Virus record (IMG/VR): IMGVR_UViG_3300046787_000438
Coordinates: 88,412-152,411 of that record
Origin: a virus
Length of the DNA: 64,000 bases
Direction: 5' to 3' (one strand)
Shown: in pieces, positions 56,501-64,000 of the stretch
Layout of the letters: every line of letters begins with the position of its first letter
Numbering within the stretch: the first letter of the stretch is position 1
Notes under the pieces: model-generated
Database searches by the model: none
Seen by the model: the letters and a program-made list of their open reading frames with translations, nothing else
Told to the model about the DNA's origin: nothing
Made by a program: the position numbers and the translations under genes

Positions 56501-57722
56501 TTTATTGCAAAAAAGCGGGGATCAGGAGGATAACGTGACCCCAGAAGACGGCGTATACGAAGAGACTACACAGGATTTTTCAGATCTAGAGCCGATGCTT
56601 GCATCTGGGTTCCTGGAGTCTGAGATTCCTATGACTCCTCCAGCTGATTGGTTCGAGAACCCAGGTTTCACTAAGGCAACCCCATTGACAGTAGATGCTG
56701 ACGGCCGTGTATACGGACACATCGCTGCGTGGAACGTGAACCACATCGGACTACCTCGTGCAACCAAGCCACCTCGCTCGCGTAGCAAGTATGCATACTT
56801 CCACACTGGAGTAATTCGTACCGAAGCTGGTACCGACGTTCCAGTAGGTCAGCTAACTCTCGCTGGCGGACACGCCCCTCTTAATGCTGATGCAATGTCA
56901 GCAGCTAAGCACTACGACGATACAGCTTCAGCTGTAGCAGACATTCACGTTGGTGAAGATGAGTACGGTATCTGGTGCGCTGGGTCCCTACGTCCAGGAC
57001 TGGAAGAAATGCAAATTCGCGCTCTACGTGCGTCTGCTCCTTCAGGTGACTGGCGTCCAATTCAAGGTTCACTAGAACTTGTGGCAATTTGCCAGGTAAA
57101 CGTTCCAGGCTTCCCAACCGCTCGCGCAATGATTGCATCTGGCAAGATTCTTGCCCTTGTTGCAGCAGGCGCTAACTACATGGCACTAATGAAGAGCCAT
57201 GCAGTAGTTACACTCACAAACAAGGCTGACTTGCTAGGTCAATTAGCCAATACAGCTCCAGACCTCAAGTCTAGAGTTAGAGAGGCTAAAAAAGCGATGC
57301 GTGAAGCAAACCTACAGGCCATCACCGCTAGTGCAGCAGATCTACGCGATCGTGCTCTAGTAGCGGCTGCAATTGCAGAGCTTGCTACCATTCCAGAGAA
57401 AGAGCGCCTAGCTCTTGCTAAGGAAGGTAAGGCAATGCCTGATGGTTCATTCCCTATTCGTAATGAAGAAGACCTTAAGAATGCGATTCACGCTTACGGT
57501 CGCGCTAAGGCTTCTGACCGCAGAGAGGTGCGCAAGCACATCACCAAGCAGGCTCGCTCACTCAAGCGTGCTGACCTCATCCCTGAGCAGTGGAAGAATG
57601 CTGACTCTATGGAAGCTGCGGCAAAGGTAGCATCTATGCGTGCTACCATCACTGCATCTGCAAATAGCGAGGCGGTGGTGGCTGCAGCCCCAAAAGTGAT
57701 GAGATCTCAGACGCAGATTTAA
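53586..57722 (+). CDS. multidomain capsid maturation protease polyprotein
   Basis: ESGDGRKF...PLLWQ..GHDGSVVVGRI...LRGVSVD protease core; GRVYGHIA.W, SGDWR domain; DGSFPIRN..DL.NAI. Confidence 0.82.
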   Translation: MPRSKVPKFLGIANDLAIFTNNGLYAAVNTSTNFVEDYTQSELSAIVQSEFLKTLQVVVEDSVVELAEAALLSIESITAGGAPASRLYTIPGGVQAEAKKALKWRHESKRGGTPVGLNTARTLAKGGQIGIEKVRHIAKYFPRHEVDKKGKGWEPGEEHFPSNGRIAWALWGGDAGQRWASAIVERENKKALTSGGYALPGYEEDAAIYTSEDSYGADISAFKEAHELDPYEGPEFMVRVRLDDSGIDRLYKIDIDGQVYLWDGSAWDNLGHVDGDVYSYDQALDDPYDTCEKTHVIIDPSSAVVISAFLQERPFQPVTLDEIDPEEAQLMSDGLADEDFTMIDRVMTAAGEPVAKPATATDGNYTPEERAKNTQAQPRDAGGLFVKVGSRTVVGGDARRGSGTITDIDTTTGKVRVRLDSGKVINVDAGFTQAESSVDAPTMVPGRDSLPPIDFDSILGEPRTPIDSPIAHLPGTLPKLTTKDIHSLINGLPAYYKSSRDYKLLPDKPKGMKAYDKKYIKERYGINAAATPEDGAIASPAESDVTPKYLALVSPDDMTAVMDVVALVPASSTSTETVLYERREGKWQPNGQILSDLKSATPPPVIELDTQEILNDVLKQADDASKPVQASAYQFSIFWERVVEPLLAARRENFGYKDTDSSLTEHSDEDPCWDGYKQIGFKDKDGKHVPNCVKATSTIAAAGGFDRNRGNAEALREYWTHGKGAAKIRWGTPGDWTRCVRNLSKYMGPRAKGYCQLRHKEVTGVYTGSRMNPGHKNGSKNFSSLYQSEQQFADTMIEKARLSAIAADAREKISLIASADSGVAGSKFSIPMLVPEGVESGDGRKFAENAISVRELPVPLLWQIKTGAGHDGSVVVGRIDYIERIEGGMGNAYGVFDNGPYGREAERLVRNGFLRGVSVDLDKFEAKEDKQPKEEMAEDGGQEIGKDKLTINKARIMAATIVAKPAFQECSILLQKSGDQEDNVTPEDGVYEETTQDFSDLEPMLASGFLESEIPMTPPADWFENPGFTKATPLTVDADGRVYGHIAAWNVNHIGLPRATKPPRSRSKYAYFHTGVIRTEAGTDVPVGQLTLAGGHAPLNADAMSAAKHYDDTASAVADIHVGEDEYGIWCAGSLRPGLEEMQIRALRASAPSGDWRPIQGSLELVAICQVNVPGFPTARAMIASGKILALVAAGANYMALMKSHAVVTLTNKADLLGQLANTAPDLKSRVREAKKAMREANLQAITASAADLRDRALVAAAIAELATIPEKERLALAKEGKAMPDGSFPIRNEEDLKNAIHAYGRAKASDRREVRKHITKQARSLKRADLIPEQWKNADSMEAAAKVASMRATITASANSEAVVAAAPKVMRSQTQI

Positions 57723-58366
57723 AAGAGCTTAAGAAGGCCAAAACAGAGGCCGATAAGCAAACTGCAGACGAGATCAAAGCCGCCGAAGAAGTTTCAAAAA
57801 ACAAAGGTAAGCCCGCTCCTACCGATGGAGAGATAGACCCAAAGACTGGTACTCCTAAGTACGTGTCTGGTGTTAACCAACCCCGTGATGCTAAGGGTAA
57901 GTACCGCACAGTTCTTGCACGACTAAAGCAGAACCTTGGAGTTGCTGGATTGGCTAAAGCCCTAAAGCAGGCTGAAGAGGCAGAGAATCTTGACTTCGCT
58001 GGTGACTATGTCGCGTCAGCTGGAGCTAGCGCTAAGCTGCTCGATACCATTGATAGAATTGACTCTGGAGCTTTGAACGCCAAGGCCCTAGAAAATGTTA
58101 AAACATCAGCTGCTGAACTAGGTAAGGTAATTTCAAACCTACCGCTACCTTTCGGTCAAGATGCACAAAAGATAAAGTTTAGCGATTTGCCTTCGGGGCT
58201 CAAGGATCTTGTAGATTCTATGATCACCCGCGTGGAGGCAAAAATCGGTAAAAAGGATGCAGATATTGCTACGCAAGATCTAAAGTCCTACATGGCTGGA
58301 GCAGATCTCTACTCGCAAGGTGAGATCCAATCTCAAATGAGTAAGCTGCTCCGACTCCTTACCTAA
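57695..58366 (+). CDS. C-terminal extension in the -1 frame of the protease polyprotein
   Basis: frame open from 57689; contains QPRDAKGKY; weak independent GTG start. Confidence 0.65.
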   Translation, partial: SDEISDADLKELKKAKTEADKQTADEIKAAEEVSKNKGKPAPTDGEIDPKTGTPKYVSGVNQPRDAKGKYRTVLARLKQNLGVAGLAKALKQAEEAENLDFAGDYVASAGASAKLLDTIDRIDSGALNAKALENVKTSAAELGKVISNLPLPFGQDAQKIKFSDLPSGLKDLVDSMITRVEAKIGKKDADIATQDLKSYMAGADLYSQGEIQSQMSKLLRLLT

Positions 58367-58483
58367 AAAGTAAGGTAAAATTATCCATAGGTGGAGCGCC
58401 TCACGCCTTGTGCGTCGAGTCCCTCGGCCTTGACTGTAAATCGGACACAACCGTGTCCAATACTAACTGGCCTAGGAGGTACA

Positions 58484-60697
58484 GTGTACGACCAGATTAA
58501 GACTCAGCTAGACACTATCACTGAGCTTAGCGATGAAACACTCGCAGAGCTTCAGGCAGATATTGTCAGCCAGTTTGAAATGGTTGAGGGTGAAGACCCG
58601 ACTCCTGAGACAGTTGATGCTATGACGTCACTAGCTGACTCTCTTGACATCGTTCGCGGCGAGCTTGCAAACCGCGAGGCTATGACTGCTGAACTAGCAG
58701 CCAAAGCTGCCGAGGCAACCGCCCGTGTCAAGGGTGAAGTTGCTGGCGACGAGGGAGAAGAAATGGCTATAGACGAAAACCAGCCAACAGAAGAGGAAAC
58801 TCCTGCAGAGGACCAGCCAGTGGAAGAAACTCCAGTGGACGAGGCTCCTGTAGAAGAAGTTCCTGCAGAAGAGACCGCCGCAGCTGAGGAAACTCCAGCT
58901 GAGGAAGAAGCTCCTGCCGAGTCTGAGACTGAAGAGACCCCTGCTGATGAAGCAGAGGAAACTTCAGAGGAAGCTAAGAAAGAAGAAGAAGACGGAACAG
59001 AGAAGGCCATGAGCGCTTCTGTTGAAACCGAGACTACTTCTGATGTAGCTACTACAGATGAAGCTGCTGTTACTGTAGCTCCAGTCGAGGCTGAAGCATC
59101 AGTCGTTGAGACTGTTGCTGCGGCCGAGGAGATCGTAGAGGCATCCGCAGATGTTTCAGAGGTTGCTGAGCTTTCAGCTACCGACGAAGCCGCTGCAGAA
59201 GCTGTAGCCGAGACCGATGAGGTCGAGGAAGCATCAACCGCTCAGGAAGACGGTTCTGAACTATCAACCACAACCGAGGAAGCCACTGAGCTTTCTACCG
59301 ATGAGACTGCAGAAGCAGTAGCAGAAGTAGAGACAGCTGCAGAGCTTTCTTCAGAAGCAACTATTGAAACATCAACCGCTCTTGTAGAAGAGCAGAATCA
59401 GGAGCAGGCAGTGACCGCTGCAGCAGAACAGCCTTTCGAGGCCCCAGCTGACCGTCAGCCTGTAGTTCAGGAAACCGTAGCACCAGTAGCAATTACTGCT
59501 GGCGCTGACATCCCAGGCTACAGCGCGGGAAGCACCATCAACGATCTAAACGAAGTTGCAACTCTTATGGAGAAGCGCCTTCACTCACTACGCCGTGTTA
59601 ACGGTGGCGACGGAGAACAGCACATTGTTGCTTCATTCTCTACTCAGTACGCTGAGGACCGCTTCCTAGGCACCGACGCTGAGGCTAACACTGCTAAGAT
59701 CAACGCGAGCACCGCTCTTGTTGCATCTGGTGGTCACGGTGCCCCAGTCGAGACCAAGTACGATATCTTCGGTATTGGGTCAACCACCAACCGTCCAGTT
59801 CGTGACGCACTTCCTAAGTTCCAGGCAGACCGTGGCGGTATCCGTTACGTAACCGCACCTTCATTCGCTTCTGGCGACTATGCAGATGCTGTTGGCGTAT
59901 GGACTGCTGCAGTTGATGAGGACCCGCAGGGTGCAACTAAGTCATCTCTAACCGTTACAGCTGCTGCTGAGAACACTGCCGTCACCGACGCAGTTACTCT
60001 ACAGCTACAGTTCGGTAACTTGATGACCCGCGCGTATCCAGAGCTAATCGCTCGCCACAACGAGCTTGCTCTAGTACAGCACGCTCGCGAGGCAGAGGTT
60101 AACTTGCTTACCAAGATTGGTGCAGCTTCGACTGCAGTTACTTCTGGAACCATCATTGGTTTTGGTCGCGACTTCCTAGTCTCAGTACGCAAGGCTGCTG
60201 TTGCCTATCGTTCACGTCACCGTATTGCTTCAACTACTAAGTTGACCGCAATCGTTCCTGACTGGATCTTCGATGCAATGGCTTCTGACCTAGCTATCTC
60301 AATGCCTGGAGACAACACCCTTGGTGTCACCAAGTCTGAGATCGAGGGCTACCTAGCTCTAAGCAACGTTAACCTAGTTGCCTCTCCTGACCTAAACTAC
60401 TACGGTGCACAGGCTGGTTCAGCTGCGCTTACCGAGTGGAAGGACAGCTTCGTCTGGTACCTATTCTCAGAGGGCACATTCTTGTTCCTTGACGGTGGTA
60501 CTCTAGACCTAGGTATCATCCGCGACTCATCACTAGTTGGAACTAACGACTACAAGATGTTCGTTGAGACCTTCGAAGGTATCGCAAAGGTTGGTATCGA
60601 ATCACTAGCAATCACCCAGACCGTTAACATTAACGGTGTGGCTGCTGCTCTTCGCGACACCACTGGTGGCGCAACTGCAGCTGCTGTCGAGCTCTAA
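58484..60697 (+). CDS. major capsid (hexamer) protein with long acidic N-terminal scaffold-like region
   Basis: SD GGAGG before GTG 58484; E/A/T/P-rich linker; ALVASGG, RGGIRY, LDLGIIRDS.L..NDY..F.E.FE. Confidence 0.85.
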   Translation: MYDQIKTQLDTITELSDETLAELQADIVSQFEMVEGEDPTPETVDAMTSLADSLDIVRGELANREAMTAELAAKAAEATARVKGEVAGDEGEEMAIDENQPTEEETPAEDQPVEETPVDEAPVEEVPAEETAAAEETPAEEEAPAESETEETPADEAEETSEEAKKEEEDGTEKAMSASVETETTSDVATTDEAAVTVAPVEAEASVVETVAAAEEIVEASADVSEVAELSATDEAAAEAVAETDEVEEASTAQEDGSELSTTTEEATELSTDETAEAVAEVETAAELSSEATIETSTALVEEQNQEQAVTAAAEQPFEAPADRQPVVQETVAPVAITAGADIPGYSAGSTINDLNEVATLMEKRLHSLRRVNGGDGEQHIVASFSTQYAEDRFLGTDAEANTAKINASTALVASGGHGAPVETKYDIFGIGSTTNRPVRDALPKFQADRGGIRYVTAPSFASGDYADAVGVWTAAVDEDPQGATKSSLTVTAAAENTAVTDAVTLQLQFGNLMTRAYPELIARHNELALVQHAREAEVNLLTKIGAASTAVTSGTIIGFGRDFLVSVRKAAVAYRSRHRIASTTKLTAIVPDWIFDAMASDLAISMPGDNTLGVTKSEIEGYLALSNVNLVASPDLNYYGAQAGSAALTEWKDSFVWYLFSEGTFLFLDGGTLDLGIIRDSSLVGTNDYKMFVETFEGIAKVGIESLAITQTVNINGVAAALRDTTGGATAAAVEL

Positions 60698-60712
60698 GCC
60701 GATAGAAAATCG

Positions 60713-60744
60713 TGAGGGGGAGGTCAGCAATGGCCTCCCCCTAT
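60713..60744 (+). terminator. stem-loop after the capsid gene
   Basis: AGGGGGAGGTCA-GCAA-TGGCCTCCCCCT. Confidence 0.65.
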
Positions 60745-60781
60745 ACGAAAAAATTTAGACTTTAATCAAAGGATTTAAAAG

Positions 60782-61657
60782 ATGGCTTTCCAAAAGAATG
60801 GCGTTGTAGAGGCACCAAAGATCGTGCCCTCCGCTTTTGGTCTACTTGCAGTAGTCAAGCCTGAGAATTCAGCAGACGAAGATCGCTGGATCAGGGGATT
60901 CGCCCAGGAATGGGAAACAGAGGTAAGTAACCTAGTAGTTTGGGATGACACCGACTCTACCGTAGATGTTGTTGGGACTAGAACTACCCCAACTCGTCAC
61001 AGCCGTGTAAAGCCATTTTTTATCGAGGCTACTGAAGACATCTCCACGCTAGGCTTCACTGCCATTGACCGTATAGCTAGACTTTCTAGACAAATCGAAG
61101 GTGGCTCTCAAAAAGCTATCGAGAAAGAGCTTTGGGACGGCGTAATCCGTAAGACCGAGACTCACGACAACGTTGCGCTATCTTCGGATACCGTAACTAT
61201 TCTAGGCGGAGGAACTGCTTACTCTGCTAAGCGAGCTCTTGCAGTCTTGGAGCAGGGTATCGCTGAGGCTTCTCAGTTCGGCGAGCAGGGCATTATTCAC
61301 ATGACTCGTGACGTAGCTGCCCTACTCTCGAGCAACAGCCAGATGCTCTTTCACAATAAGGTGAAGGATCACCTTCAGACTATGGGGGGAACTCCAGTAG
61401 TTGTCGGTAACGGATACTCTGGTAACGGCCCTGCAGGCGACGATAATGAAGAAGCGTCTGCTGCTAATAAATGGATTTACGCCACTGGCACTGTCAAGGT
61501 ATACCTTGGTGATGTCGATGTCGTGAACGACAATCTAAGCCAGGCTTACGATGTGTCGGGTAATGCGAATGACATGCGTCTCAAGGGGATCCGCCCAGCT
61601 GCGGTCTACTTTGATACATCAATCCACCTAGCTGTTCGAGTAGATCTTACAGCGTAA
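60782..61657 (+). CDS. second capsid protein (putative capsid pentamer protein)
   Basis: follows MCP; P.AFGLL..RW..G, EKELW.G, G.IH, GTPVV.G.GY, WIYATG.V resemble cluster-B-like actinophage pentamer proteins. Confidence 0.6.
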   Translation: MAFQKNGVVEAPKIVPSAFGLLAVVKPENSADEDRWIRGFAQEWETEVSNLVVWDDTDSTVDVVGTRTTPTRHSRVKPFFIEATEDISTLGFTAIDRIARLSRQIEGGSQKAIEKELWDGVIRKTETHDNVALSSDTVTILGGGTAYSAKRALAVLEQGIAEASQFGEQGIIHMTRDVAALLSSNSQMLFHNKVKDHLQTMGGTPVVVGNGYSGNGPAGDDNEEASAANKWIYATGTVKVYLGDVDVVNDNLSQAYDVSGNANDMRLKGIRPAAVYFDTSIHLAVRVDLTA

Positions 61658-61678
61658 TAAAACAAGGAGAATAGCTAT

Positions 61679-62809
61679 ATGGCTACTCAAGAATATGCAG
61701 CTAGCATCCAGGGTGTGTCAATCCGTGTCACCCGCCTAGACGCTGCTGGTAACCTAATGGGCGGAGCAGGTAATTCATACACTACCTCTTCATTCATGCG
61801 TGTATCTTTCACCCCAGAGTACGAAGAGGGCGACGAGATCACTGAAAAGGGTGCAAACGGTGTTGTATGCGTAACATACAAGGCTCCAGACACTCTAAAG
61901 CGAATCACCATGGAACTTGCAATCTGTGAGCCAGATCCAGAGCTAACCTCTCTACTATCTGGCGGTCTACTTCTTCGCAAGAACCTAGGAACTGCTGGTG
62001 ACCCAAACAACAAGTCAATCGGTTGGGCCGCTCCTGGCGTAGGCGATGACCCTGCTGGCAATGGTGTTGCGATCGAAGTTTGGTCACACGCTGTTAAGGA
62101 TGGAAAGCGTGCAGGCGTTCTTCCATACTTCCACTGGATCTTCCCATTCGCTAAGTTCCGTCAGTCAGGCGACCGCGTTATTGAAAACGGTCTAATGGCT
62201 AACACCTTCGAAGGCTATGGTCTTGGAAACGCTAACTTCAAGTCAGGTATCGATGGCCGCTGGGAGTTCCCAATCGCTGCCGAGCGTCCATATGCTTACG
62301 CACGCGCTGACTGGGCTCCAACTGGTCTTAACGGATTCTACACTTGGACAGACGGTTCTGGTCCAGTTGTATTCACCTCTAACTCGGTGGCTGCTTCTGA
62401 CCGTAGCTCTGTAACTCTAAACAGTTACTACGCTACTGCATCTGGAACTGCTGGAAACCTAGTATTCAGCGGATCTCCTTCAATCTCAGACGGCGATCTA
62501 TTGAGTGTCAGTAACCTATCTCCAGTACTGAACGGTGACCACATTGTTACTGACGTGTCTGGAAACACAGTGACATTTGTCTCTAGCTCAATCACTGCTG
62601 ATATTGCATCAAGCGGAACCCCTAACTCGGTTCCTCGTGCTGCTAAGGTCATCGTGGTTAACTCTGCTGACGAGGCCGCAACTCCAGTAGCTACTGCGGT
62701 TACAACTCTTGCTGCAGGTGGAGACACTTACAACGTTCCTGGTAACAGAGACTACACCGCGGATGCTGCAATTGACAACATCATTGCATCAAACGAAAAC
62801 CCTAGCTAA
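61679..62809 (+). CDS. major tail protein
   Basis: IRVTRLD..G, P.YEEGDEI....ANG.VC, EVWS; extra C-terminal beta domain. Confidence 0.75.
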   Translation: MATQEYAASIQGVSIRVTRLDAAGNLMGGAGNSYTTSSFMRVSFTPEYEEGDEITEKGANGVVCVTYKAPDTLKRITMELAICEPDPELTSLLSGGLLLRKNLGTAGDPNNKSIGWAAPGVGDDPAGNGVAIEVWSHAVKDGKRAGVLPYFHWIFPFAKFRQSGDRVIENGLMANTFEGYGLGNANFKSGIDGRWEFPIAAERPYAYARADWAPTGLNGFYTWTDGSGPVVFTSNSVAASDRSSVTLNSYYATASGTAGNLVFSGSPSISDGDLLSVSNLSPVLNGDHIVTDVSGNTVTFVSSSITADIASSGTPNSVPRAAKVIVVNSADEAATPVATAVTTLAAGGDTYNVPGNRDYTADAAIDNIIASNENPS

Positions 62810-62819
62810 TAACTAGTAC

Positions 62820-62864
62820 TAACGGGTGGTAGCTTGAGCAATTAGCTTAGGCTGCCACCCGTTA
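62820..62864 (+). terminator. stem-loop after the tail gene
   Basis: TAACGGGTGGTAGC / GCTGCCACCCGTTA. Confidence 0.6.
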
Positions 62865-62883
62865 AACTTATAAAGAGGAAAAG

Positions 62884-64000
62884 ATGACAAGTAACCTTTG
62901 GGTGCTCCCAGAAGAAATGGGAGACTACGCATACACCGAGTTTACGCTTGAGGCGGCTCAGGTTGCGTCAAACTTACTCTGGGCAATGTCGGGTCGTAAA
63001 TATACTGGCGAGACTATTGTTACGGAGAGATATACTTGTACCCTACGCAATAATCGCATGGGACCGTCTAGCAAAACAACATCACCAGCTCTTTTCGGTG
63101 GAGATGTTTATAACATTCCTTCTGGCGACTATGACGAATACTCAGAGCTAACCTCTGACGGTATGTCTCCAGATTCTCGCATCAGACTTCGCGGACGTCC
63201 AGTCACCCGCATCATTTCTATGAGAAATAGACTTGGTAAAGTTATGGACCCTTCTAGCTACTACCTAGTCGATCACTCTACTATCCACGTAAAAGCTGGC
63301 ACTCCTTGGACTCCATGTAACACCGAGATTACTTATTCATACGGAGTTCCAGTACCTACCGCTGGAAAAATGGCTGCTCGTAAGTTAGCCATCGAGTTTG
63401 CCCGCCTATGGTCTGGCGACGAGGAGTGCGAGCTCCCTCAGCGTGTCACTTCAGTGTCGCGTCAGGGTGTGTCATACACAATTCTTGATAACCAGGAGTT
63501 CATTGACGAGCTCCGCACTGGTCTATACGAGATTGACCTATTCCTAAAGGTAGTCAACCCAGACAATGCTCGCCGTAAGTCAAAGGTCTTCTCTCCAGAC
63601 CAACCACGCGCACGTAAGTATGTTGCTAAGCCTCTTAGGCTTCTATCGGATACTGGCAAGGATCTAGTGCTTCGTGCCCTAAGCAACGAGGCATCCATCA
63701 GCTGGTCCTCAGAGGGTGAAGGGGTAGACCTAAGCAACTTCTTCCCGCAGAATACAGACTTCACTCCTAAGGTAATTCTCAGAAACTACGGGGAACTAAC
63801 TTCTGTGGCATTGGATGAGGCTAGCATCACTTTGGACTACAACGCCGAGACTTTAGATTTCACTATCCCATACAGCAAGGCTAAAGCTGCGCTAGGAATG
63901 GTGGACCCAGGAACCTGGACACTCTACGCTTCTTCAACCGAAGATGGCATCGAGAGCCTGGTCGAACTTGCATCTGGAAACCTCCAGATCAAGATGTACT
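62884..64000 (+). CDS. head-to-tail adaptor (runs off the window; not in ORF track)
   Basis: ATG 62884 after GAGGA; AS.LLWAMSGRKY, LPQRVTSVSRQGVSY, TGLYEIDLFL..VNP. Confidence 0.75.
   Translation, partial: MTSNLWVLPEEMGDYAYTEFTLEAAQVASNLLWAMSGRKYTGETIVTERYTCTLRNNRMGPSSKTTSPALFGGDVYNIPSGDYDEYSELTSDGMSPDSRIRLRGRPVTRIISMRNRLGKVMDPSSYYLVDHSTIHVKAGTPWTPCNTEITYSYGVPVPTAGKMAARKLAIEFARLWSGDEECELPQRVTSVSRQGVSYTILDNQEFIDELRTGLYEIDLFLKVVNPDNARRKSKVFSPDQPRARKYVAKPLRLLSDTGKDLVLRALSNEASISWSSEGEGVDLSNFFPQNTDFTPKVILRNYGELTSVALDEASITLDYNAETLDFTIPYSKAKAALGMVDPGTWTLYASSTEDGIESLVELASGNLQIKMY

Noticed and set aside
58391-58483. ORF-track start of the capsid gene at 58391
   Set aside because: No SD there; GGAGG precedes GTG 58484. 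Several island ORF-track starts (26350, 27018, 29774, 33366) were likewise moved to SD-supported ATGs.

Overview
64 kb of a large tailed dsDNA phage, most likely infecting an Actinobacterium (inferred from the ClgR-like regulator, actinobacterial-type TrxB/AhpC, AGAAAGG Shine-Dalgarno sites, many leaderless genes and head/tail genes resembling cluster-B-like actinophages). Layout: accessory, lysis and surface genes (0-11.4 kb); a likely replication origin with DnaA boxes (11.4-11.9 kb); middle genes including an HNH nuclease and a TerS-like protein (12-20.2 kb); a sharply bounded ~14 kb module (20.2-34.3 kb) that is almost free of AGCT/GATC/TGCA/GTAC/ACGT/GGCC and built from 14 terminator/17-mer/promoter/small-gene cassettes, with the 17-mer TGTATTTATTTTTTGTC helically phased to each promoter and a repeat-rich non-coding block at its right end (candidate first-injected or terminal-repeat early module); a redox/iron cluster (AhpC, TrxB, TrxA, heme oxygenase); and the virion morphogenesis operon (TerL, portal, Dps-like, head proteins, protease polyprotein, capsid, tail). 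Two head genes end at the same in-frame C_CCA_AAA slippery site and read into the next ORF by a -1 shift; one of these appends a zincin plus ADP-ribosyltransferase-like cargo. Several hairpins and one candidate sRNA display loops complementary to the phage's early ribosome-binding leaders. All family assignments come from motif recognition by eye; no searches were run.
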